Shown: in pieces, positions 29,601 through 38,005 of the stretch
Position numbering within the stretch: the first letter of the stretch is position 1
Layout of the letters: every line of letters starts with the position of its first letter
From: a virus
Taxonomy: Duplodnaviria > Caudoviricetes
Direction: 5' to 3' (one strand)
DNA: 64,000 bases
IMG/VR virus record: IMGVR_UViG_3300020477_000013
Location: 32,001 to 96,000 of that record
Program-made: the position numbers and the translations under genes
Notes under the pieces: model-generated
What the model was told of the DNA's origin: nothing
Seen by the model: the letters and a program-made list of their open reading frames with translations, nothing else
Database searches by the model: none

Positions 29601-30195
29601 GGGCGGAAGTCACTCGAAATTTAAACTAAAGGCACCGGTTATGGACGGCGAGAATTTCGTCGGTGTTCCGGAACTCATGTACCTCAAGAAGTGGAAAGCT
29701 GATATCGTTAAGCAGGCAAATGACGAGGCATCTGTCAAGCCTCCAAAAGATCCTGCCTCTGGGTTAGATAAATTTTTTACTGATGATAATGCCGTTGTTA
29801 GATCGTTTGAGGCAACAGCCGGCCGAGGCCTCGCTGGCGTTATCACGAGCCTCACATTCGATTACGCAAACAGCACGTATGAGACAGAAATGGGTAATAG
29901 GGGCGCAAAATTCATGACAGTTAACCTGGCCTTTAAGGTAATACATGATATCACACCCGGTCTGGCACATACTGGTATGCTACGTGCACCTACACACCCT
30001 GTTGGGGACATTGTTAATCAGACATTCGGCGAGCCATGGGAGACCGATGGCATGATGTCAAAGAAACAGGCATATAAAAATCAACAGCTCGGCCTTAATC
30101 AACTGTATTCAGAAGAAGCGCAGGATGGAACAAAGAAACCTGCAGATGCAGATAAGGCAGTCAGCCCAAAGAATCCAGCTAACCCAGGGTCTTGA
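26641..30195 (+). CDS. large baseplate-region protein containing a tube-initiator-like domain
   Basis: YYPFYFHDLRTNEIIGFHAFLSSL.ESFSPNW....GRIDDV.TY..T.R.I...F.V...YPQW...SPIIR.RIGD segment is typical of gp48/gp54-like tube-initiator folds; position after the tape measure gene. Confidence 0.55.
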   Translation: MGKKINTGGLDDSSTSYVIKNSGEPFQAGDDLTTETKETLGSYLNKIQSDSANAFKVTNVSGSMTPKFNPPPIPNTTPSIVVGGFSDDGVESFMEVINSITADSWSPVEQLGDSLNGNFEDISKFLDKAVRSVEGHTLLANVEPYGGYQGTGEGVGTGRFGQKDPGWVPETPDGELVPPHRKMQKQIQGILGHNRFSPGSESPFIRDGSSSVSYDDAGKRNSADHLVGYVQDELGVWKSGPSAKAITFNEVREIGLALMVRATGHEYMDDGTRTGALNVANVGDALLAPTGVQLQITRVWTDKITTRDVMNDLGIYGDLGRFTIPDSEFHPGIDPATGQIKDDRGDEGIFGYKGPSANASSYGSLNSPHEPFDGPAPLGMIILAATTIVSIILISWGINAAIGTATGAEAAGVKAKDRSNLDALGRSPAPTWGGTYGKSSPKTESWNFVLQLLGIPNLTNRFDACFFHGIQAFYGFAEGDLEEMTSGNSNPTPEFIIESALNLLLSSGYYANIMRAVARDIEQITHAGEKMAADIPTAPVTAGFEGVFGIIEALVTSTTWRFIMTICTIGDKVINADFGVMSIVPGRGQVLSKAKVYPSNRIYKSRKHQGQSTLAWAQSQVPSLFLLPAAFQTAVTEMGAMAPQYGVTKFAAMGSSDIDKYTGTGAVVIAGKSIKGKDGKSKSASILSSEYVRKMEDWLESEYYPFYFHDLRTNEIIGFHAFLSSLGESFSPNWNSTGGVGRIDDVNTYVKTDRTIDISFVVASTSKEDFQNMWWKINKLVSMVYPQWTPGKMMEGPSGRRFRMPFSQIPSASPIIRMRIGDMVKSNYSRFNLARLFGVGDAAVKEAFSKAAGDAITAAQVKKRDDKILELKAAKISEFKSVYDTVDDGEPSWKWVEGMIVQPKKDVTILITERDKKGNGAYEKKNYRKRKGAPGMYAIIDKVHPHPAPSEDATPEEYEAWLESSPKLDVIFQDPEVTDSPGHTYIVGGSHSKFKLKAPVMDGENFVGVPELMYLKKWKADIVKQANDEASVKPPKDPASGLDKFFTDDNAVVRSFEATAGRGLAGVITSLTFDYANSTYETEMGNRGAKFMTVNLAFKVIHDITPGLAHTGMLRAPTHPVGDIVNQTFGEPWETDGMMSKKQAYKNQQLGLNQLYSEEAQDGTKKPADADKAVSPKNPANPGS

Positions 30196-30207
30196 TAGGA
30201 GTAGATT

Positions 30208-30504
30208 ATGGCATTTTCAAGATACGATCGTTCACCTAAAATAGATTTAGGTAAGATGGTGGGTACATCAAAGTACATACCGGTCTTACAACAGGCTATA
30301 AAACTAGGATTAATTGAGGTAGAAGATGTAGTAGTTTCAAAAGCTCAGCGTCTTGATGTTGTCGCCGGACGAACCTGGGGAGATGGTAGGTATTGGTGGA
30401 TTATCGCTGCTTGTTCCGGAATAGGCTGGGGAATGCAGGTGCCTCCCGGTACTGTTCTAAAAGTGCCTATAAATTTGGGTGATATAGAGAGTTTAGTGGG
30501 GTAG
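30208..30504 (+). CDS. LysM-like baseplate wedge protein (gp53/tail X-like)
   Basis: RLDVVAGRTWGDGRYWWIIAACSGIGW..QVPPGTVLKVP. Confidence 0.75.
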   Translation: MAFSRYDRSPKIDLGKMVGTSKYIPVLQQAIKLGLIEVEDVVVSKAQRLDVVAGRTWGDGRYWWIIAACSGIGWGMQVPPGTVLKVPINLGDIESLVG

Positions 30505-30511
30505 CGTTTAT

Positions 30512-33500
30512 ATGACTGATAGTTACGATAAGGATCTACAGCAGATAGGAAAATATTTTGGCGTTCCCACACGTGACAGTAAGGTTATGTTTCTACAGAG
30601 CCTTGAGGCACTTTCGGGCGAGTCATTTAATAAGCTGGTGGGTTCTTCAAATGAGCTAGATAAGATGATCTCAAGTATCCAGTCACCTACCACACTCGGC
30701 CCCTCCGCCAGAGTAATTTACCAGCAACTGAATAATTTATCAACGTCAAAAAATAAAGATGCTGCAGGCGCTGCGATCAAGGATGTTGTCGGTAAGATGA
30801 TTGACGTTACTTGGGTGCACCCACAAACCGCTACTCACCCTGGGATAAACGAGTATATTAACCCTGTTTCAAGCTTTTGGACACAGGGGACTCCGGATGG
30901 TAAGTCTAATACGCCGGCAACGATCAAGAGTATGATGTCTGAAGAGACTCTGGGCGACATTAATAGCAAGCATTTTAAGCCTACCCTGACAGCCCCTAAT
31001 TTGTCGGTAATACAGATATACGACTCTAGACGAACACCATCTTCTACAGATACGGGCGCAGTACAACTTTTCTTAAATTCTATACCCACGATAGAATTAA
31101 GCATGTGCGTTCCATTTTTGGATGTTACTGTTGTCGAGAAAGGCCCTGCCTTAGATTATAATAATAAAGTACAGTCAATGGGTATAGTTCGTACACTAAT
31201 GGGCACGACGAATGTTGGTACTGATCAAAGTCATCCAAACTGGATCCTTGCGAATGCTGTAGATTCAGGGGTTCTGTCAACAATTAGGGAAAATGAACGT
31301 GCAATTCAGAATGGCGTTAACAAGGCTGGTAGGATTGAGACGACCGGGCAAGGCAAGGGCGTTTTTTCTTTTTCTTCTTCTGGGATGGAGATGTTTCTAG
31401 CTCCCCAGACTCTTACACCAAATGATGTATACCAGGATAAAGCAATAGGCGTATCGCCAAGTGGAAAAAATAAAGCATCTGCAAATAAGTCTGAGGCTGA
31501 ATCCGCTCAAGCAAATTCTCAAGCTGGAGCAGGTGGAAGGCCGGCCCCTATTTTAGATAGGTTTAGGCCGCTAGCATCGATTGAGTCATTCAACGTCAGT
31601 ATCAAATCCACCGTGGGGTTTTTATCATTTAAGACTGCTGAATTAGTCATAGTGTTACATGATCGATCTCGCCTTCATGAAATTGCCCCCCTTGTCCGGC
31701 CTGATATTTTCGGTGCTGGAAAAGTTAGGATGATGATTGAATATGGTTGGTCTCATCCAGCAGGAAGTCATAGTACACACTATAGCTTTTTCGGAAGGTT
31801 TTTAGACGGGCTTCGTGTCAAAGAGATGTTCAATGTTGTAAATTCATCATATTCTTTTGACGAAGACGGGAGTGTCAAGATTAGCCTGACACTGTCGACG
31901 GCCGGGGGTACATCGCTGGGAGCGATTATGATTCCTGAGTCGCCAAAGCTTGCTCAAGCAAGGGTCGCGATGGACAACTTGGTAGAGGCAATTAATAGGC
32001 TTCGCATCAAGATACTGGGCGGTGGTTCTGCTGCAAAAAGCTTGAATAGAAAAACATTCCTAAATTCAGTGAATACTACCTCAAGGGCTCTATCTATGGA
32101 TGAGGAAACAAAGAAAGAGCTATCTGCTTTTTTAGGGACAAATACTAAAGATCCGGATATTTCGAAGTTAAAATCTATTTTAAGTACGCTGTATGGTAAG
32201 AATGGTGATGGAGGAAAGGCTAATACGTATCAAGCAACTATCAATTCTGTGATATCACAGAAGCTAAAGGATATAACAACGAAACCTGATCCATTTCTTA
32301 GGAGTATTCCTGATTCTCTAAGAGGTGGAGCTGCTACTGATTATATTACTCCTGCTGTCGATGCCAGTATAAAGAAAGCAAAGAAGAGATCATGGGTGTC
32401 TTTGGGGAAAATTTTAACCTTATTTGTTGGCATACCGCTAGCAGCCTCAAACCGCTTTCACGAAATACAGATTATCACTTATTCATTCAATGCGAAGGCA
32501 ACATTCGTGAGATCGTTTAATATAGCCCAGTTCCCTATTAACATAGAGGAGTTTGAGACGAAGATAGGGAAATTCACAAAGGCAGGTTTAGCAATGTCTG
32601 TTTCATCATTTTTGGGATGGCTACGGCGTGAGTTTGTATCGACACCAATTGCAACGCCTTACGGTTTTAACCAGATGTATGATATCAAGGATGACGGCTA
32701 CAGCTATAAAGATAAATTCAAGGATGCAACAATTCTTGCTAATGAGAGAAGGCAGAGGATGATGGTCGCGTACCACGGTTCCAAAGATTCATCAGCACCG
32801 GAGGATTTAGAGTTCAAGCCACCTCGCCTAGACTTTAAGATAGAGGCCCTTCCTCTACAGAAGGATATTGCTGATTCGAAAAAGCAACCGTCAGAAGCGC
32901 CTGAGACGCTTTTACGTATTCATATTTTTGATGCACAAAATATTGATAATGTTACTGAGTCGATGTTACTCACATCTGCATTTGAAGAAACAATAGGTTA
33001 TATAGGCAGGTCAGCTTCTGCCGTGAAAAATGCAGATCAGAAAAATGCTGGTCATATTGCTTCATTTGGCGAAGGATTGCGTCGTGCACTAAAGGCAGGA
33101 ATTATAGAGCCTGTGGGTACCACCGTTAAGACGAAGGAAGCAGGGACACAAGATTTGGTTAAGCTACGGTATAAGCTAAAGGGTAATTTCTCTTCTCTGA
33201 AGAGGTTCGTTTCATATAACATGCCTACAATTGATGTAGGGTCGAATTCATCTGCTGTGATTAATGCAAATCTGGAAACACAAAATAATCCCCTGCTAGC
33301 TACAATCAGTATGCAGCGCGCAAGAAGTAAGAGTTCATCTCAAGCGCCAGGTGTAAACCAAGGTGCGATGCCAATGCAGATAAACCCCACGACCGTCAGC
33401 CTTACGACATATGGAAACCCTCTCCTGTCCATGGGCCAGCAGTTTTTTATTGATTTTCATACAGGGACAAGCGCAGATAATGTCTATAGGGTTTCTCAAC

Positions 33501-33643
33501 TGACTCATAATATTACGCCTGGATCATTCGAGTCTGATATTGACTTAATTAACCTTGAGGCATATGGCGTGTTTAGGTCAACAACCCAGGTCATTGAAGA
33601 TGCACTCACTAGAATACAAGAGATAGAAACATCTAAATCGTAG
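30512..33643 (+). CDS. baseplate hub protein (gp27-like, tentative)
   Basis: 1043 aa after the LysM-like gene; MMIEYGWS and C-terminal GNPLL..GQQFFIDF.TGT.ADN.Y.V....H.I.PG.F.S are hub-like. Confidence 0.5.
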   Translation: MTDSYDKDLQQIGKYFGVPTRDSKVMFLQSLEALSGESFNKLVGSSNELDKMISSIQSPTTLGPSARVIYQQLNNLSTSKNKDAAGAAIKDVVGKMIDVTWVHPQTATHPGINEYINPVSSFWTQGTPDGKSNTPATIKSMMSEETLGDINSKHFKPTLTAPNLSVIQIYDSRRTPSSTDTGAVQLFLNSIPTIELSMCVPFLDVTVVEKGPALDYNNKVQSMGIVRTLMGTTNVGTDQSHPNWILANAVDSGVLSTIRENERAIQNGVNKAGRIETTGQGKGVFSFSSSGMEMFLAPQTLTPNDVYQDKAIGVSPSGKNKASANKSEAESAQANSQAGAGGRPAPILDRFRPLASIESFNVSIKSTVGFLSFKTAELVIVLHDRSRLHEIAPLVRPDIFGAGKVRMMIEYGWSHPAGSHSTHYSFFGRFLDGLRVKEMFNVVNSSYSFDEDGSVKISLTLSTAGGTSLGAIMIPESPKLAQARVAMDNLVEAINRLRIKILGGGSAAKSLNRKTFLNSVNTTSRALSMDEETKKELSAFLGTNTKDPDISKLKSILSTLYGKNGDGGKANTYQATINSVISQKLKDITTKPDPFLRSIPDSLRGGAATDYITPAVDASIKKAKKRSWVSLGKILTLFVGIPLAASNRFHEIQIITYSFNAKATFVRSFNIAQFPINIEEFETKIGKFTKAGLAMSVSSFLGWLRREFVSTPIATPYGFNQMYDIKDDGYSYKDKFKDATILANERRQRMMVAYHGSKDSSAPEDLEFKPPRLDFKIEALPLQKDIADSKKQPSEAPETLLRIHIFDAQNIDNVTESMLLTSAFEETIGYIGRSASAVKNADQKNAGHIASFGEGLRRALKAGIIEPVGTTVKTKEAGTQDLVKLRYKLKGNFSSLKRFVSYNMPTIDVGSNSSAVINANLETQNNPLLATISMQRARSKSSSQAPGVNQGAMPMQINPTTVSLTTYGNPLLSMGQQFFIDFHTGTSADNVYRVSQLTHNITPGSFESDIDLINLEAYGVFRSTTQVIEDALTRIQEIETSKS

Positions 33644-33662
33644 GTGTTAACGCAGAAATAAC

Positions 33663-33690
33663 TGAACACTCACATTGTAGGGTGTATTTT
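33663..33690 (+). promoter_or_regulatory. representative early/middle promoter TG(A/T)A(C/A)A-N16/17-TANNNT
   Basis: Same architecture at 35570-35597, 37028-37055, 37956-37984, 58215-58242, 61497-61524, and on the - strand at 60751-60779. Confidence 0.6.
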
Positions 33691-33695
33691 TGTTC

Positions 33696-34913
33696 ATGTT
33701 CTGTATTCACAAAGTAGCTATAGGCACAAACATGCATTTGGTTGTGCGTTCCGATGAATATTACTGGGTAAATAATGTTCCCCAGGATATGTGGACATAC
33801 GGTCATCCTGACAAATTTTCTAGGCTTAGATTAGAGAGTGTGTCTAAAATGTTTTCGTGTGATTTACCTGCATTTGTTCCGGAGCAATATAGGTGTAGCA
33901 TGAATGCTGTGCTTAGTGGATCTATTTCTTATCCATGGAGACATATATTGCCTAGGTCTCTCTACAAGCAGAACCTGGGAACTATAATAAATGCACTTAA
34001 GCAGCTGTATGATGCATTTTCTGATAGCGGCTATATGGAAACATGTTTTCGCACCGAGGCTTTCCTGGGCCTTTTAGAGAGGGTGCCTGTTAACAGTGAA
34101 AAGTTATCAATGCATCTTGAAAATGAAAATAGCCCGACGGTTAAGTCTACCCTTAGGTCATTTTCACCCTCGGCCGATGGGCTATGTAAGCCCGTCTCAT
34201 ACGATCACTATAGCACATCGACCGGCCGAATGACTGTGAAGTCAGGCCCTAGAATTCTTACATTACCAGCGCGGTGCAGGGATATTCTGGAGTCAAAAGA
34301 TCCAGAAAAAATATTAATACAGGTCGACTTTATTTCGCTAGAGCCCAGGGTCGCATTATGTGTGAGAGGCTTAGGGGATAATTCGGCTGACATATATGAT
34401 TTAATTTCTAAAAATTTGTTTTCGGGTAAGTTTACTCGTTCTCAAATGAAAATAGCTGTTCTTTGTGCATTGTACGGTGTGTCTGCTAAAAAATTATCTA
34501 AAATTATTCCCGGTAACGATTCACACACTGTGATAAGAGAGGTCAAGAAATATTTTGGGGTTTTCGAAAAGACTGCTACACTCAAGGCATTAATAGAAAA
34601 GAATGGATTTCTACAAAATGCATTTGGGCGACCATTGTTTTTTGATGATAATGATGACCATTTGTTATTTAGTCATTTTATTCAATCAACTGCAGCTAGT
34701 GCAGCAGTCCTGGGCTTTATAGGCTTAAACAGTGAAATGAGTAATGTGGATATCAATTTCAAGCAGTTCTTTGTTATTCATGATGCATGCATAGTCGAGA
34801 TTAAAAAAAGCGATATCGCACAGGTCGAAAAAATATGCAGTTCCGGTATCAAGATTGAGGGACTAGGTGTCTTTCCTCTCTCTGTTAAGGTGTTGGATGC
34901 GAATGGTATATAA
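33696..34913 (+). CDS. compact family-A DNA polymerase (polymerase domain only)
   Basis: TGRM, motif A DFISLEPR, motif B RSQMKIAVLCALYG, NAFGR, IQST, motif C VIHDA. Start uncertain (TTG 33690, ATG 33696 or ATG 33732). Confidence 0.8.
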   Translation: MFCIHKVAIGTNMHLVVRSDEYYWVNNVPQDMWTYGHPDKFSRLRLESVSKMFSCDLPAFVPEQYRCSMNAVLSGSISYPWRHILPRSLYKQNLGTIINALKQLYDAFSDSGYMETCFRTEAFLGLLERVPVNSEKLSMHLENENSPTVKSTLRSFSPSADGLCKPVSYDHYSTSTGRMTVKSGPRILTLPARCRDILESKDPEKILIQVDFISLEPRVALCVRGLGDNSADIYDLISKNLFSGKFTRSQMKIAVLCALYGVSAKKLSKIIPGNDSHTVIREVKKYFGVFEKTATLKALIEKNGFLQNAFGRPLFFDDNDDHLLFSHFIQSTAASAAVLGFIGLNSEMSNVDINFKQFFVIHDACIVEIKKSDIAQVEKICSSGIKIEGLGVFPLSVKVLDANGI

Positions 34914-34938
34914 TTAATAGTATGAATGTGGAGAAATT

Positions 34939-35526
34939 ATGGTCATTGAGTCAGTAATTAGAAACTATGTCAGGGGGTTGCTTTTAGAGAAAGAAGAAGA
35001 AGAGCCACCTACCACAACGGGTCCAGGCCCAGGTCGGTTTAAAAAAGAGCTTAAAGACCTTAAGGCTTTAGCGGATGTTGATCCTGCGAAGCTTATGTCG
35101 AACCTTAATATCTCCGACCCTGGAGGTGATACGGAAGAAGCTTCACTAGAGTCGATACTCAAGAGTGCGGTAGGGGGAACATCAGAGATGAAGGCAGCAT
35201 ATGGATCTCCATCTAAAAAGTCTGACAGTGCCGACCGCATCGGGTATTCGATACCTGTAACAGGCGAAGGAATGTCACCACGTGATGGGCTAGTTTTCAT
35301 AAGGGAGGCATTTAAGGGAGCAAAATCTGTAGGTTATTGGACATGGGATAAAGATATACAGATTGAGCTATTAGGGGGAGATATCTTGGCATATGTTTCT
35401 GAGAGCCCCTTTACGTGGAATAAGGCAAAAAAGGCAAAAAAGGCAAAAAAGGATGATAAGCCTGGTGCTGAGAAAGATAACAAACCTGATGCTGAGAAAG
35501 ATAACAAGCCTGACGAACAAGCATGA
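34939..35526 (+). CDS. hypothetical protein with the N-terminal ES.IR.YVR.LLLE peptide and a repetitive tail
   Basis: Starts MVIESVIRNYVRGLLLEK; SD GGAG; late motif at 34910-34917. Confidence 0.75.
   Translation: MVIESVIRNYVRGLLLEKEEEEPPTTTGPGPGRFKKELKDLKALADVDPAKLMSNLNISDPGGDTEEASLESILKSAVGGTSEMKAAYGSPSKKSDSADRIGYSIPVTGEGMSPRDGLVFIREAFKGAKSVGYWTWDKDIQIELLGGDILAYVSESPFTWNKAKKAKKAKKDDKPGAEKDNKPDAEKDNKPDEQA
35422..35520 (+). repeat. coding tandem repeats (9 nt x3, then imperfect 24 nt x3)
   Basis: AAGGCAAAA x3 (KAKKAKKAKK), then GAT(G/A)A(T/C)AA(G/A)CCTG... x3 (DDKPGAEK DNKPDAEK DNKPDEQ). Confidence 0.85.
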
Positions 35527-35602
35527 TGAAACAAAAAAGAGAAAAAGAGGTACGCAGCTGATAATTAATTGAACATATATTGACATGGGATTATTTTTTC
35601 TT

Positions 35603-36031
35603 ATGAAGAAAAGTTTGATTTTATCATTTGTACTATTGTTTGTTGCTTGTGGGGTTCCTAGAAAAGTAGAGGAGCCTCCCATAGATCCATATCAACACTT
35701 AACCTCAACTTCAGTGCTAGAACACTGCGATCCTCCAACGGAGAATTATATGTTTCCTATATTTGGAGACATGTATTTTATAACGAGGCATAAAAACTGT
35801 GGTGGTGTTGATGATATGTTGATCACCCACTTTAGCCCAGAGATTTCAGATCTTCAGGAGACTGCTGTAAAGTTACTAGTTATATTGTATACTAGGCAAC
35901 CAGATGAAAATCTGGAATATGAGCATATCAAGACTTATGTTGGGACAGGTGCTGAGCCACACTCAATATTCTATAGGTTGATAAATAAAGACCCGGTTAC
36001 GAAAGAGGTACCACAAGATGTCATCCAATGA
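35603..36031 (+). CDS. predicted lipoprotein
   Basis: MKKSLILSFVLLFVAC-G: basic N-region, hydrophobic core and lipobox FVAC. Confidence 0.7.
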   Translation: MKKSLILSFVLLFVACGVPRKVEEPPIDPYQHLTSTSVLEHCDPPTENYMFPIFGDMYFITRHKNCGGVDDMLITHFSPEISDLQETAVKLLVILYTRQPDENLEYEHIKTYVGTGAEPHSIFYRLINKDPVTKEVPQDVIQ

Positions 36032-36602
36032 TTTTGATACTGTTAAAAAGAACTGGGAAAAGTTTGAGAAATACTGCAAGAGATTAAGTGATCCCCATAT
36101 TGATGAATTGCTTGATACATTAGGGGAGAGGCTAGTGATGTGTCCTGCATCTCCTCGAAAAGATCAATATGGGTGTTACCCTGGGGGACTAGTTGAGCAT
36201 GCAATGGAGGTTACCTCATTAATGAGGTCTCTATGTGATGTATATGGCACCGATATTCAGCTAGCGTCAATTATTAAGGTCGGTTTGTTACATGAGATAG
36301 GAAAGGTTGGTGACTTAACGACGCCATATTTTGTAGACCAAGATTCAGATTGGCACAGGGAGAAGTTAGGGCAGTTATATAAATATAGCGATGATATAAA
36401 CAAAATGTCCGCCTCACACCGAACACTGTTCCTGTTGCAACATTTCGGGGTTATACTAACTCAAGATGAGTGGCTAGCTATCCAGCTAGCATCTGGTTCT
36501 CACTTTGAAGAGAATAGATTTTACGTGGGGCATGAGCCTTCTCTTGCTTTTATTCTACAACAATCTAAGCAGGCAGTTATTCATAAGGCTAATATGGCCT
36601 AG
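36018..36602 (+). CDS. HD-superfamily hydrolase (HE variant)
   Basis: YPGGLVEHA...GLLHEIGKVGD...EWLAI pattern of YhaM-like phage HD proteins. Confidence 0.7.
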   Translation: MSSNDFDTVKKNWEKFEKYCKRLSDPHIDELLDTLGERLVMCPASPRKDQYGCYPGGLVEHAMEVTSLMRSLCDVYGTDIQLASIIKVGLLHEIGKVGDLTTPYFVDQDSDWHREKLGQLYKYSDDINKMSASHRTLFLLQHFGVILTQDEWLAIQLASGSHFEENRFYVGHEPSLAFILQQSKQAVIHKANMA

Positions 36603-36620
36603 GCTGCATACTTATAGAAT

Positions 36621-37025
36621 ATGAATATTTTACGAAGATATATTCGTCAAATTCTGCTAGAGGGCTTAGGGACCGTCAACGTTCCAGACGTGGGTAAAAC
36701 GTCTGTGAAAGATTATAAGTCTTCGATGGATTCATCACTAGCAGCAGGAAAACCAGGTATCAAGCAGGTTACATCGCCAGCCGTCGAAGATAACGGCGAT
36801 AAAGAAAATTTGCTAACCGAGCCAGATGAAATAGAGGATGGTGATAGCCAAGAAGAGGTTAACGCTATTTCTACGGGTGGCGCAGCCATGGCATCTTCCG
36901 GTGCAATTCGAGGTGTTACTACACCCCTAGGGACGGATTCAACTTATCCTTCAAAGAAGAAGAAGAAGAAAAAGAAAGCCTCGAAGAAAGGCGATTCGAA
37001 TTGGTACAAGGCTACCACAAATTAA
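36621..37025 (+). CDS. hypothetical protein with the N-terminal LRRYIRQILLE peptide
   Basis: MNILRRYIRQILLEG; late motif ATACTTAT at 36608-36615; Lys run near the C-terminus. Confidence 0.75.
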   Translation: MNILRRYIRQILLEGLGTVNVPDVGKTSVKDYKSSMDSSLAAGKPGIKQVTSPAVEDNGDKENLLTEPDEIEDGDSQEEVNAISTGGAAMASSGAIRGVTTPLGTDSTYPSKKKKKKKKASKKGDSNWYKATTN

Positions 37026-37112
37026 CTTGAACATTAATTATTGAAATTTTACATTTATGTATGTTGAGTGTGTTTGCTAATTTGCATTTTACTATTATAA
37101 GGAGTTTAGAAA

Positions 37113-37901
37113 ATGGCAATTGATTTTGATGCGATCCGTAATAAGCTGTCACAGCTGTCTGGCCAGAATAGCCGTCGTAATGTTATGTGGCGTCCCCAAG
37201 AGGGAGAAGAGCATGTTGTTAGGCTGATGTCTTTTCCCAATAACGACGGCCAGCCCTTTAAGGAGCGCTGGTTCTATTATAATATTGGGAACAACCCTGG
37301 CCTTCTGGCACCATATCAGTTTGGAAAGCCGGATCCAATCCAGGAGTTGATCCAAAAGCTTCGTGACGATGGAAGCAAGGAATCTTATGAGCTAGCGAAG
37401 AAGCTATACCCTAAGATGCGAAGCTATGCTCCAGTTGTAGTTCGGGGTGAAGAAGATAAGGGGGTGAGGTTGTGGTCATTTGGAAAGACCGTTTACCAGT
37501 CTCTCCTTAATATTATGCTTGACGAAGACTACGGCGATATCACAGATCCTTCTGACGGCCGAGATGTTAAGGTCGTTTGCACAAAGGCACCGGGTAGAAT
37601 GTGGGCCACTACGGAGGTTCGCCCTCGGGGAAAGCAGACTGTCCTAGAGTCAAATAAGAAGAAGGCAAAAGAGTGGATGGATTCGATTCCTGATTTGGAT
37701 GAGATGTACTCCCTTAAGACTTATGAAGAGCTTGAAAAGATTGTCAATGACTGGCTAAATGGCGATGATGATGATTCTATGGGAACCGTCCACCAGAGTT
37801 CTTCATCTCCCTCGCCTTCACCCGCGGCTGCGGCCTCTGATGCGTCTACATCGAAGTATAAGAGTTTAGACGAGGCATTTGCTGACCTAGAAGACCTCTA
37901 G
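37113..37901 (+). CDS. single-stranded DNA-binding protein (gp32-like)
   Basis: W.P.EG.H.VR...PF.E..FYY...LYPKMR.YA.VVVRGEE.KGV.LW.FGK.VY...GDITDP..G.D; acidic C-terminal tail. Confidence 0.85.
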   Translation: MAIDFDAIRNKLSQLSGQNSRRNVMWRPQEGEEHVVRLMSFPNNDGQPFKERWFYYNIGNNPGLLAPYQFGKPDPIQELIQKLRDDGSKESYELAKKLYPKMRSYAPVVVRGEEDKGVRLWSFGKTVYQSLLNIMLDEDYGDITDPSDGRDVKVVCTKAPGRMWATTEVRPRGKQTVLESNKKKAKEWMDSIPDLDEMYSLKTYEELEKIVNDWLNGDDDDSMGTVHQSSSSPSPSPAAAASDASTSKYKSLDEAFADLEDL

Positions 37902-37924
37902 GCAAAATACATACCTCAATCTAT

Positions 37925-37956
37925 AAAAGGGGGAAGCATTGCTTCCCCCTTTTTTT
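37925..37956 (+). terminator. Rho-independent terminator
   Basis: AAAAGGGGGAAGC-ATT-GCTTCCCCCTTTT plus T-run. Confidence 0.9.
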
Positions 37957-38005
37957 GAACACTTCATGATTTTACTGTTATGATTACATGTAAAGAGGAT
38001 TTTTA

